Assembly (NCBI GenBank): GCA_964199315.1
Contig: OZ116709.1
Coordinates: 2,046,001-2,110,000 of the forward strand
Direction: 5' to 3'
Source of the DNA: Orbicella franksi
Lineage: Eukaryota
Length of the DNA stretch: 64,000 nt
Part shown: in pieces, positions 52,085 through 64,000 of the stretch
How the letters are laid out: the number at the start of each line of letters is the position of its first letter
How positions within the stretch are numbered: the stretch's first letter is position 1
The notes under the pieces: generated by a model
What the model was told of the DNA's origin: nothing
The model's input: only the letters and a program-made list of their open reading frames with translations
Database searches by the model: none
Made by a program: the position numbers and the translations under genes

Positions 52085-54477
52085 TTCTCTATGAAAGGAA
52101 AACAAGAAAATTAATTGTGAAATCGTGCGAGATATGTAAATCAGTTAAATTTACCATCATATTTTGTAGGACAGATCTTAAGATCTGGCAGGGACACACC
52201 ATAAGCTGGAAACATCCAATATTAATTGTATATAACGACAAAGAAATCATTTGAACTGAACATAGATTTCTCGAGGCTAAGGACTTAGGAGCTTAATTAA
52301 GACCCAAGAGATGTCACCTGCATTTTCAGCCATTTTAGTGGTGCGTTCACAAAAGAATCTGAACTCTTTAATCACTTTTCAATGGCTGTTTTTTCGGGTC
52401 ATTTGACTTCTCTTATATCCAAATCTAAAGAATGAAATCAGGTTAGATTTCCAAAACTAGCTTATTTTCTTACTAATCAATTAAATAAAGAATTGCCGTT
52501 TGCTAGCAGTGAAAGGTAACAAAAATAAATGGAAAACAACACAGTTAAATCAACAAAGAAAAGTAATGAATTTTGAGAAGTCATAACTTGGAAACAATCA
52601 TTTTACTACGTTAGTGTGAGATACCCTATTTCTAATAACAAACTTAATTAATGTGACCAATATTACCTTTATTGGGAAACCAAAACAAAGACAGTGAGGT
52701 CAAGGTGTGTGGTCGTGCCTCATCTCTCGCGCATCAAAATTCGATTCCTCCAGGTCACATTCTTAACGAAGTAAATACCCATGTATCTATCATGCGTCTT
52801 TTACACTGCCTCGACTGATTAGCTAGCTTTCTATGGGAAGCGAGATTTTCAGACTATTCTTGATCGGGAAGATTTAAGTCTCGTTAAGGTTGCTCTCCAT
52901 GATGCGAGACGAGTTACTAACAACACCAAAACCACGCAAGCGTGTCGGATCTCGGAAATCATGAAATCACTTTGGAATGTGAATGAATCGATTACCGCTC
53001 GGCTTTTCTTGCTTTCATATCCAACAGAGTAAAGCGTCTTCGACAAACTGCGTGCTTGTTGCGATGGTGAGTGGAAGCTAAGGCCCATTCAGAGACGAGC
53101 GGCATCGACACTGATACATACAATAAGGGGCAACTCTTTGTTGTCAGTTAAAAGGCAACTCTCAGAATTAAGTCTTGCATAAGAAGATTGGGAAGGCTTG
53201 AAATCTTATCACAACATACTCCATGGGGATTATGCATGAGGTGAGAGACCACTGCAGCTGCTGGAGATATGAAAGGTCTAGCGGGACTTTTGACCGCGAA
53301 AAGTAGTCTTTATAGGAGAAAACCACTCTGATCACAGACCAGCATACACGGCATAGCTTTCTACTTCTACAAGTTCTTGGCTGGCTAGTTTCGAAAAGTG
53401 GTAAAATGCTACTGATTTGTACCTTTGATTTCTGACGTTTTTTAATTTTGTTCGCGAATAACTCAAACATCTCAAGGGCAACTTTTTTAATCCAACATGT
53501 CTAATTTTGCGAAATATTTTCTGATCAATCTTTTAGATTGATTGATCTCCACGTTTTTCAGTTAGGAGTCACAAGCGAGAGACTCCCCCGAAACACTGGT
53601 TTGAAAGACAATCACAAATGAGTCACGTGACAACATAATAGATGTTTTTCGCGTCAATATCCTTGTTAAACTAATATACCAGTTCCGTAGGTTTAATTTT
53701 TCAACAAACGATCGCCGCTCACTCTTTCTTTAAGAATAGAGAGGCAGGGAACTTGATCGCGTTTTCAGTGCGACGTGAAATACAACAATCTATATTCAGC
53801 CAACGTTGTATTTCGTAGAACAAAATTTGTCTTTGATGTTTGTCGTTACTAAGGTCTGACAATCACTACTATAGAATTGCCGGGAATAAGTGGCTGTTCA
53901 CTGGCTGGTACCCGTTTCACAAGAGTAAAACACCAGAAAACGATATGTTTAATTTATTAACACTCACTCTAGGAAAAATCTGTAATCGCTAACATTTTGA
54001 CAGAAAAGTTACGAAGAAAGAAGAAAGACTTTTTCAAAATTCCGATGATCAAGAAAACCTGAACTTGCGATTTACAACGAGGTACGAATGTTTCTTTAAT
54101 TTTGGGAGGACAAGAAAAAGAATTCCTGCGTCTTCGTGATCCTAAATCAATTTCTCAGAGCTGAGAGAAAAGAATACTTGAATGAAACAATTTGTTTCGG
54201 TTCTCTAACAATCTAAATGTTTGAAGGTGTTCAGTGGCCATTGCTCCATTAGACCCTGACTTCCATCCGATTTAATCTCGAATTTAGAAACACTTGCGAC
54301 ATCGGGTTTTAAACCATACTCAGGAGGGCTCAGGCAGTTGTAATTATTATAAACTGGATGAAAAAATAATAATAAACATTTCATCTTACATCTACATCTT
54401 TTGACTTTACAATGCAATGCATAGTGGAGCTAATCTTTAAAGTATTTGTATCCTTTACTTCACTTCAAGGATCCATA

Positions 54478-56262
54478 ATGTACTGGAGCCATGCATGGAT
54501 CATGTCAACTGTTTTGTGCTTAGCTTTTTACATTACTGCAGTGGTCAACGCAGAGTGGTCATCAGATTCGTCCAAAAAAGGTTCGTTAAAATTGCTGAGA
54601 AAGACATTGTTACTTCACTTCTGACATTTCCCCCGTTGTTTCAGAGTTGAAAACACAGCTGCGAAAAACATTTGCAGTAAAGTACGATTTCAGTGGCTCA
54701 AAACAAAAGTACGTACGCATAAAGAAAGACCTTTAGTGGAATATGTGAAGTTATACCTACATGCATCGCCTTCTCAAACGAGTAGTAGTCCTTCTTGTTA
54801 CGATAAAAATATAAAGGTAAACTCAAAAGACGTCTGTTCTGCACACAACCGAATAGCCAAATAGTGGACGGTACTGGAAGCCTGTTTGTTGACTGAACAT
54901 TGTTTAGTAGGAGAACAGATCAACGTGTAAAACACTAAACTAAGTGCGATTCCTGCCGTCAAGGCCTATTCTCGAGTATTTGGTTATACAAAGCCAAGGA
55001 AATGTAAGCCAATCTATCCCAGTTTTACAGTGTAGAGGATTCAGGATCAAGGTCACTAGCTGTTCGCTGTTTTTCCCACGGGGAGGGGACAGGGGTAAAC
55101 GCGAAGGGTTACTCTTGTAATACTAATATCACTTGTCTGATGTTTTAACGCTGTAATGTCGTTTCCCCGATTGATGAGCTTGATGCTACCGACATGTCCA
55201 AGCTGCATATGGATCATTGTGTCGATTAGTTGACTGAACTTTGTGTTCATTCTTTCAGATGATCTACTGGGTCTTAATATCGGCCTTGGTGACGACCTTT
55301 TCAGTTCAAGCTACGACAGCAGCAGCTTGCTGAGAGAAAAACTACAACAGGACGATGCACACCAACGAGGAGCATTTCCTATCATGGATGCGTTCAAGGA
55401 ACACACGTTGCTGACTGCTGATGATCTCAGAGAAAAAGTCGAGAACAGTTACACAGACAAGGCTGGGATTCGCCAGGCAGTGGAGGAAGCTTTGACGAAA
55501 CTCCATAAGAAGAAAGAACAAGAACATGCACAAGCAGATCAGGCGCATGCGCCGAGCAAACCTCATATGGTCACAGCTAAGGAATTGATTGATGAGGTTG
55601 TAAAACAGGAGATAGCAAGCCACATAGATCACGCTGCTGCCAGCCCTGGTAGCCCTATAGGTGTTCCAGACAGCGATGACTTGAAAAGTCAACTGCACCA
55701 AAAACTCGAAGAAATCACTAAGATTGAGACGAAGTTATTCTCTCTTATTCGCGATGTGAAGGGGTTTTTGCTGACAAAGAAAGCCGAGCAAGGCACCGAC
55801 AAAAGTGATTCAGCGAGCCTGAATGGAGACAGTGACATCGACAACCTGTCGGTTGACAGTCTAATTTCTAAACGGAGCGAGATTCCTTTTAACATCAACA
55901 GATTTCGCGATAACGTCACTCTAGTAGAAAACTTCATTCGTGATGCTCTCAAAGACGACTTCACAATCGATGAAAGTGAATTCAGTGAGAGCGACAATGA
56001 CAATGAGGACAAAAAGGTTGCAAAACAGGGAGACACGAGGGACTTGCTGGGCAAAGAAGATACAGAAAAGGCTTTGCTTAAAGAAGCAATCCCTGGGGAA
56101 ATTGAGGATATACCCGTGTCTAGCTTAGAGCGAGAAATTGACGAGAATGACTCGGTTGCCAGCGATCACGGGATTACCCGTGATGCTTTGGTGGATTCAC
56201 CATTCTCGGACTTGGACTACAAGAAAGTTACTGGGAAGAGATCCAGGCATTTCGTATCTTAG
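54478..56262 (+). CDS. Secreted acidic, helical (granin/prohormone-like) protein of unknown function, 2 exons, ~368 aa
   Basis: Exon 54478-54580 encodes a signal peptide (MYWSHAWIMSTVLCLAFYITAVVNA-EWSS) and splices in phase 1 to exon 55259-56262. The mature part is D/E-rich with a heptad-like segment (LKSQLHQKLEEITKIETKLFSLIRDVK) and KK/KR sites. Confidence 0.75.
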
Positions 56263-57354
56263 AGAAAACACACTAGAACCAACCCTTTCATCTTGACTAT
56301 GCACCCTTCGTTAGTGGTTTTACTTGCCACAATACTAAACAAAAGAAATTAAACCTTACAGTGCGCGATTTCGAAGGATTGTATATACCATTTCGATGCC
56401 AAATGGTGTAGACTCATCGATTGGTTGATTACTAAAAATATCTGAAGAGACAAAAACTGTCACTATCTCATGCATTTGTAATAAGTACGTCTTTGACTAT
56501 CCTGTTTCTCCTGAGAAATTTGTGATAACTCCATTTGTTATATGCCTAACTCCGGTTGCGGGAGAGATGAACCGATCCTTCGCTGTGAAACTTTTTCAGT
56601 CAAGATGCCTGGATACTGGCCTCGTTCTTGTTTTGCGTGTTTATGGACCGAGACGGAACACGCATAGAAAAAACTTAGTCAATATCCAGCCATCTTGACC
56701 TTATACTTGGTCAATAACCCATGTATACGAGTGTAAGGGGAATAAATAAGTTATGGAGGCTACAACAGGGTAAATGGAATGGAGGGGCTGGTGGGGGTTG
56801 TTCATCCAGTGCGAAAAGCTTTGAAATAGTATGGCTTTATTTTTAGTTTGAATACTACCCCTATAAGGTAGAGATCAACTTCACAAATATAATATTACCA
56901 TGATATTTTCATTAAATCAACACGAAAGACAGTGTATTACATTGCACGTGCCGCAAGTTACTCAAGCGCGAGTGAAGAAAGATGCTACGTGTACTGTTGA
57001 ATAACCTACAAATGTTATGAGCATTTCCAACTCATTCCTTCTGTTATTCCAAGTTACAAACATCTCGATTAACTCTCATTTATAAAATATTTCCATTTCT
57101 GTTGTTGATGATAAATATTACTTTTCGTGTTGTGCCTAAATAGACATTAAATTGTAGTATCCTCCGTATCAAATAATTAAGAGACCACGATGTCTATTTT
57201 TAATTTATTGCAGCTGTTTGGTCTGTTTGTATTTTATTGCAGCTTTTTGGTCTGTTTTCATTTTATTGCAGCCGTTGGTGCGAATTTTGAATTGTTGATA
57301 ACATGCTTGGTTTTGCGTGAAAGAATTCCCGCCAGATTCTTCAGTTACTTTTAA

Positions 57355-57730
57355 CAGGGTTCGCAAGGGTCATCGAAAAAGCTGGAGAGCCGTGGAATTC
57401 AAGAATTTCGTTTTCCAGGCCTGGAAAGTCATAAAATTGAATTGTTGGTCGTGGAAAGTCATGGGAAATAAAAGTTAAGCCTGGTACGTTCATGCCTGCA
57501 CATGTCATAGACAGAGAAACAAGTATTTGCATGGGTAATGTTAACAAAAAAAAAAAGAGCAACTTGGCCCCAATTTTATCTCTTGTCTGTGTGTGGAACT
57601 GAGTTTTTGTCTTAAATATCCTTAAACAAGGATAGTTTTGAAAATTTTATTAAGCGACAGCTACACTTAAGGTCGTGAAAAAATGGAAAAGGTCATGGAA
57701 TTTGAAGAGCTTAAAAGAGTACGAACCCTG
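57355..57730. mobile_element. MITE with CAGGGTTCG termini
   Basis: TAACAGGGTTCG / CGAACCCTGTTA inverted ends and internal repeated GGAAAGTCAT motifs. Confidence 0.7.
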
Positions 57731-58091
57731 TTATAAACGCTAGTAAAACTACCCAGCACCTTTCTACCTGTGACAAGGACGGTTTCTTCCAATATAAACC
57801 CTAAACTTCGGCTTACGATTGTCGTATTTCACTGGAATTTTCGAGGAACTGGGACTACTTCTAGTGATAAAATCGTCGCTCTAAAAATAATGGATTTAAC
57901 CTCATTGATAACTGTAACAGTATGGATGACAGGAATGTCGCCATTAGAACGGGCTTCTTAGTCACAACCGACTGGGGCTTCGTAGCGATACGGATAAAAG
58001 TCAGGGGTTCTTTGAAACAGTAGTCATTGTCGTTTGAAGTCAGCGTTACATCTATGGTTGCCTTTATCCAAAAACTCCAAAGAAACGGCGT

Positions 58092-61000
58092 TTAACCCAA
58101 GGAGGTGCATGGCGCAGTGCATTTCACGCGTGTAACTTCTTCGTTCGCATCACTAGGCTTCCTGTCTTTCTTTAATTGCAGCAGTGAGTCGAGGGACTTC
58201 TGAAGGCTTTGTAACCTGTCGGCTACACTTGGCATAACTAGAATTCTTAGTTTTTCCTGTGACTGAAGTGGTACTGCCGCCATAGCCCACCACAGCCAAG
58301 GAGGTCCGTGCGGCGACAGAAGCATGTGGTTGTCGCAAGGCGGTATGGGCCCTAACGCATGTTCAATGCAAGCCTTTTCGTCAAAAGGTAATCCGGCAAC
58401 CCACCTTTTTAGCATAACATGGCTCGTCGAGTTGCGCCACTTCAAATGAACGATCTTCTCGGGATCATCGATGTTCAAGTCTTCAAGCCATTCCACCTTG
58501 GCTACAGGACAACCATCCACTACACCACGCGAAAGAACGTGAAATCTTTGTTTAGGAATTGCTTGGACTACCATCTTTTCACCCGGAAAATTTTCAGTCG
58601 CTTGGATCTCGACCACAGTTCCATAATCAGTGAAACCTTTCTCTACATTATGCAAACAAATTCCGAACATCCGGGAACCCCATTCAACAGAGCGCCTCAC
58701 CATGATCCGATGGCAGGGATGAGAGAGCGTCAGGCGAACCCTTCCTTGCGGCATGGCTATTGTACTAACCAATATTGGGATCTCCACGCTCTGGTCGATA
58801 CCAATCCTGGAAACGAAACACAAGAGACATTGTCATTAGACCTTTGTGATGATAGCCTTAGTCTGTCCACAGACCCTCTATATTGACTCGAGTTCGTCGA
58901 GAGCGCAAGCTTAGCAAAATATTAACCTGACGCGTGGAATACGAACGAACCAAAACGCAAAGCTTTCGCACGCGCCTTGACGAAAAAAACGAAATCACAG
59001 GAAAGAAAAACGTTTGTGGACAGACTCAATCTCGTTCCCAGAGTCTTCGTTCCCCTTGACCAGCGATCGGAAAACGAGAGTTCTAGGAGGAACCATTTTG
59101 AAATAACCGAATTCTGATGATTCTGCCCATCCGGTTTCACAGCGCAGTCTGCATCTATGGCGCATGCCTGAAATGGTTGCTCCCAGAGCTCCATTCTCGT
59201 CCCCAGAGCCCACGATCCTTCTTTCCTGCGGCAGGGATCGAGAGCTCTGGGCTGGTCCAAAACCGAAAGTCCGCGATTAACGGACTTCCCGTCAAATCTG
59301 GCAAATCGGATTGGCTGAGAATACGAAACGAATACTCTGCGCATACTCAGAAAATCGGGTCCGGCCAGAGCTCTCGATCCCTGCCGCAGGCCAGAAGGAT
59401 TGTCGGCTCTGGGGACGAGAATGCCCAGAGCTCTCGTTTTCCGACCGTTGGTCAAGGGGAACAAAGACTCTGAGAAAGAGATTGGGATAGACTACGATAG
59501 CCGCCATACTTGGTTTCTTATAATAATGTAAATTAGGCACATAATTTCGGGGTAGAGGGGGAAATGAGTTGAAATCGGCAAACCACATGATGACATCCGG
59601 TTTCTTATAATAATTAGCCTTGCCATGTTTTTAGTATTGTAGTGTAAAATTTTCCCAATTTTAGGCCATTTCGGAACATATGTAAAACCAAAAAGTGAGA
59701 AGAAATTTTGCTCTTAGATATGGTCTCAACAAATGCTCACTATAGGAACAAACCGCAAAACAATTTTCCAACTACTGTCTACTTTTTGCCAGTGTTTCCT
59801 TCCACCCCCCCCCCCCCGCCCCTTTCCCCGACAGAGCACATGGCTAATTTGCATCAAAGCAGGGAAACCATCCTGACGAATAAGGTCATTATCTTATTCT
59901 TCTCCAAAACATGATCACTACTGGATTTTGTCTCCTGGTTGTAAAGGCGGGAAATTTAACAAAGACGACGTTATTATTCTTGCTGCAACTATGTTGCTCT
60001 GGGATAACAGATCTGCTTTCAGACCCTTCTTCTCGAAATAATTCGTTTTCGGAGCCTGTAATGGCCCGTAACGTATCAAGTTCTCGTTGAGCTTAGAGAG
60101 AAAATGGGGCTGCAAGCAGTCTGTCACAGTTTTTAAACAATTTCAAGATAGGTGAGTTTACCTGCTCCACTTTTCCACTTTCTTTGCATGCAGTTCCTCC
60201 CTCTTCCTGTACTGCGCCTCAAGATGAGTCTTAAGTAATTCTTCTAGCACCACTGTTACGTTCCTCTTCTTTTCAGTTGAATCATTCATAGTTCTTCCAC
60301 ATCTTGGACACTTCGGCCCATATTCAAAACGTTCTTTCATGCACTCCTGACAGAAGGTATGGCCGCATTGGGTTGTTATGGGGCGAAAAAGTAAACGGCC
60401 GCATACACTGCATTTTAATTCGCCAACGTTGACTTTCTGCTTCTCGTCGCTGATTTCAGTAGACGGCTGATCATCAGTGCTTCGTTCTTCGGAAGAGCTA
60501 CCTGCATCTACAACAGTTGTTTCATATTGTTCGTTCGCGATTAAAATATTCGCAAACTTTCGGGCGATAATCCTATGTTCGAGTCGTGACACCTCAGGTG
60601 ACCTAAACAGCTTAACCAAGCTTTCGGTTAATTCATTCCGTCGAGACTCCGACGGAGCCAGCACAGCGAAGCGCAAGTACTCTAACACAGCGTCGTCGAA
60701 TTTCCGTAATTTGGTCAAAATTTTCGCTTTTCTGTTAAAAGCATCTGGCAGATCCGGTCGTAAGGTGCAAGCATTGTTGACATCCCTCAGGGCCAAATAA
60801 TAAAGCTTTAACTGCCAATAAGCATCGCTTCGCAGGCAAAGGCATTCATAGTCTTTTGGGCAGATGTGTAGAGCGACTGAAAAACTTTCCACTGCGTCTT
60901 CCGGGGCTTGGCAACTTAAATGGCTTTTGCCGAATCTCTTTGCCTCGGCATGTTTTGCTTTCTCAGGGAAACGTGTCCTGATTATGTCTGACAATACAAT

Positions 61001-61462
61001 ATTCACAGACAATGCTTCCAAATCGTTGTAATGATTCCCACAAAGGGGACAGATAGTAATATTTCCATCGGGACATCCCGCGTCGATCGTGTCAGACTTC
61101 CGTTGAAGGCAACACTGGCAAATGGTATGGCCACAGCTTAGTGTGCTTGGATTTTCAAACACACAATCACAGCATGGACAGTTAAACGGACTCTTTGGTG
61201 TTGTTTTGAGTTGCTTCATCTTCCTATCTAGTTCTTTCTTCACATTGCGAGCTCCGTGATCCATCAGTGCATCGACGAGCGAACACAGATGATCTCGTAC
61301 AACATTTCCGTTCTGAAAAACCATAAAATACGACAGCAAAAGTTCTTCGAGCGGTCCATGTTGAGTGGATATTTCCGACAGCTTTTCTGCGCTCCGTAAA
61401 ATGTTCAGTAAATCTTCGGTTTTCCAGTTCTTAAATCGACGGCAGAATTCTTCTTTGTCCAT
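58092..61462 (-). CDS. LONRF1: LON peptidase N-terminal domain and RING finger protein (RING-TPR-RING-LON), 2 coding exons, ~671 aa
   Basis: Exon 61462-60162 has RING CPCC...CGHTIC..C...CPLC, TPR helices and RING CSVC...CGHTFCQEC...CPRC. It splices AG|G to exon 58806-58092 (IPILVSTIAMP...FGICL...KQRFHVLSRGVVDG...PHGPPWLWWAMAAVPL). Co-orthologue of LONRF1/2/3. Confidence 0.92.
59027..59484. mobile_element. Long-TIR MITE with a related MITE (59192-59423) nested inside, in the LONRF intron
   Basis: The outer element has a ~50-bp TIR starting CAATCTCGTTCCCAGAGTC. The inner TIR is CATTCTCGTCCCCAGAGCC / GGCTCTGGGGACGAGAATG, flanked by direct repeat CCCAGAGCTC. Confidence 0.85.
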
Positions 61463-62849
61463 TTGAAAGTGATCCTAAGTAGTTAGGAATCATCAAGAAG
61501 TGCGAAATTTATGTAAAATCCGTAAGAATATGGAACTGATCGAGACTAGTAACTAACAGTTGACAAAACAGAAAAACGTTTCATAACATACCAGCGCTCA
61601 TTTCCGGTTGCGTGCTGAAGAGTCACACTTTCTGAACACTCCTGACTAGACCCCTGTGATAACTGCGGAATTGTTTAAAAGGTCATTATTTGGGGATTTT
61701 ACGTGTATTAAGACAATAACGTTGTAACAAAAAACAGTATCCTTTGGTTACAACTGTATTGAGATTTTCCTTCGTTCTTACCTGTCCTTTCAGGCCTGTT
61801 ACCCACCCCTTCCGTGTATTAATTTCTCTTTGCGATTTTGACTGTTATATAACAAACAAGAGGTCCATAGGTTTTACTAAGGGCCAATGTACACGGTACG
61901 ACTTTGTCGCATCTTACGACAGGCCTACAACACTAGCTGTTTCGTGTAAATCAAACCTACAACTCGCTTACGATCGTTGTATACGTCAAAAAAAAAAAAA
62001 AAACTGTCGTAGGATTTCAAAACATGTTTTAAAACTTTGCGACAGTTGCAGCCGATATCGATAGAAAATGACGTATTTAGTGCAAAACACGTTTGTTTCC
62101 ACATCACGTTCCGAACCTTGACATCGACTATTTCGTATTATCGACCCGAAATTCTAACTAACAAATGAGTTTTCAATCGTTAAAAATTGATTTGAAATCT
62201 CACTTCGTTAGTTAACTTTTGTTAGTGTGTGTTTACATCATTTCAGTGTTTGTTGTCCTCCCGCCGGTTTTGGTCTTTCAACGCGCTCAAACGTCACGCA
62301 AGTCTCCTTTGCAGCCGTTTTAAAATAATTTAGCCTGCGTCGGATCGGAGGTGCATAGGGGAAAGGGTAAGGGGAAAGAAAAACTTCCTCCACCTCTCCC
62401 TCGCCGTCTCCCCCGTTTCCGCCTGTGACGTAGCCGGTCAAATAAACGCCTGCAAAAAAGACTAACGTCACGTTTATTGCGTTACTACAAAGTTCGTTTA
62501 CGCGAGGAGGCTATGTTGAGAAACAGCGAGAAAAGAATAGAGATAAGGGCTACCGTAAGCACCCGGGGCACTTATTCGAGGGGGCGCTTAATCGAGGGGG
62601 GGTGCTTATTTAATTTTTGCTAAATCATTACCTGACGTGATCATGTTTTTTAATCATCAGCGCGTAAACACCAACATAAGCTGTTTGTCAACATAAAAAG
62701 CTGATCCTAAAGTTTAAATCGCGGCACCGTTAGTACTTGTAACTTTTTTCCAGTGTTTGCAAACTGAACAAATCTAATACTACATGACGAAAACTATACA
62801 TCCTTTGTTGTCTCATTACTCGTCCACAAAATGGGGGAGGGGAGGGGGG

Positions 62850-63110
62850 GTATACATACGTACAACCTTTATTTATACACGATGAAAAATTTCAAAGCTA
62901 ACAAGCTTGCGGGGTCGTGTGCTAAATGAAAAGATACAAATGCTAGGAATAATAACGAAGCTACCATTGAGGGATTAAAACTCATTCGTATAAAAGATAT
63001 AATTTTGTTAAATTAAGTTAATAGTTAAACAATCGGATTAAAGTCTCAGATCTGTTGTTGATTATTTGTGGGGCTAAAATATTAAAATTAAAATCCTTAA
63101 AAGTGTGACA
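62850..63110 (-). mobile_element. Probable LINE 3'-end fragment
   Basis: The reverse complement ends ...CATCGTGTATAAATAAAGGTTGTACGTATGTAT, a poly(A) signal followed by a short tandem tail typical of CR1/L2-like 3' ends. The left extent is approximate. Confidence 0.45.
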
Positions 63111-64000
63111 ACTAGCAACATTTTTCAAAAAGAATTTCATGTCTGTGCACTCTAGCGTCGATCAGCTTATGGCTGATGGGCCACCCTGCCTAAATAAAAA
63201 TGACTTGACTTGAACTTGAAATTGATCAACTTTATTGTTCTTCTCAGTTACATGTTGTACGTGCGAATTTTGGAACAAAACGAAATACTGCACCTAGGAA
63301 CTTACCTGAATGAATGACAATATTTGTGTAGCCCCCGGCACCGACTAGAAATGGTACATACCGCAAGTTATTGACACCTGGTTCCCGGAGTGTCCGTAAC
63401 AAAGAGGCTAAATTTGTATGAGTTTAGGCTGCGAGTAGGCCTTATTCACGATGACCACCAAGTTTGTTGACGTGATTTCTGGAGGGGCAAACAAGCTAAA
63501 ATCGGCAAATCAGTTCACCTGTTTCTTGATAATTTTTTCCATATCCATGCTTTGGTTTCAGTATTGGGGTGAAGATATTCCAAGTTTTACAGAATTTTGG
63601 CGCTTTTGTAAAAACAAAACGGCTCGCGTAGTTAAGTTAAGTTACCAAGAAACTTTTTCCAACTTAAAATTAATAATAAAATCATTATTTTATAACTTGG
63701 CTCCCAAAAGTGATTTTGGTGTAGATACTTTACCATTTAGGCGAGCCGATTTTCAGAATAATTAAATGGGAACCATTTCAATATTTGTTCCCTGGCGGAC
63801 AGCGTGGCTAATTATAATACGAAAACCATCATGGCGGCTATCGTGATATGGGATATTGCTCCCTCGGTATCCCAACGTATCCGAACCGGGGAATTTCTCT
63901 ACTGGATGGAGGCTTGGAGTCTAGAACTGTGTGTTGCAAAGAGACTGGGACCAGCCTATAAGGCAACTAAAATGGCGGAGAGAGACACGAGTAGCTAACT

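Noticed and set aside
54645-54730. Possible extra exon of the acidic secreted gene after a good acceptor
   Set aside because: No phase-1 donor precedes the in-frame stop, so it cannot be included without breaking the frame.
58419-60800. Plus-strand ORFs 58419-58886, 59117-59473 and 60477-60800, and minus ORFs within 58922-59588
   Set aside because: They are antisense shadows of LONRF exons or translations of the palindromic MITEs.

Overview
Eukaryotic, intron-rich DNA, most likely from a stony coral or other anthozoan. This is inferred from the CORE-SINE and MITE families, the intronless cnidarian-type GPCR and the LamG-TSP1 protein. Genes reconstructed by hand from splice sites, left to right: 3' six exons of SGSM1/2 (+); a decapitated rhodopsin-type GPCR pseudogene (-); selenoprotein M (+); a frameshifted MYND-finger gene (+); an intronless cGAS-like/Mab-21 nucleotidyltransferase (-); ABHD11 (-) head-to-head with RAB35 (+); a ~1,880-aa secreted modular protein (-); a secreted acidic granin-like protein (+); and a two-exon LONRF gene (-). 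SELENOM has an in-frame UGA in a CGGU motif, a well-formed SECIS, a U12-type intron and a long acidic tail ending in HTEL. The large secreted protein carries 44 in-register xG-x-hydrophobic-x pentapeptides, a LamG domain and four TSP1 repeats. A complete tRNA-Sec gene (anticodon TCA) lies antisense in one of its introns, about 33 kb from SELENOM. None of the Sec features are visible in the ORF track. Also present: SINEs, Penelope remnants (one with a hammerhead-like motif), Kolobok-like and Tc1/pogo-like MITEs, and microsatellites. No database search could be run, so family calls rest on remembered motifs.
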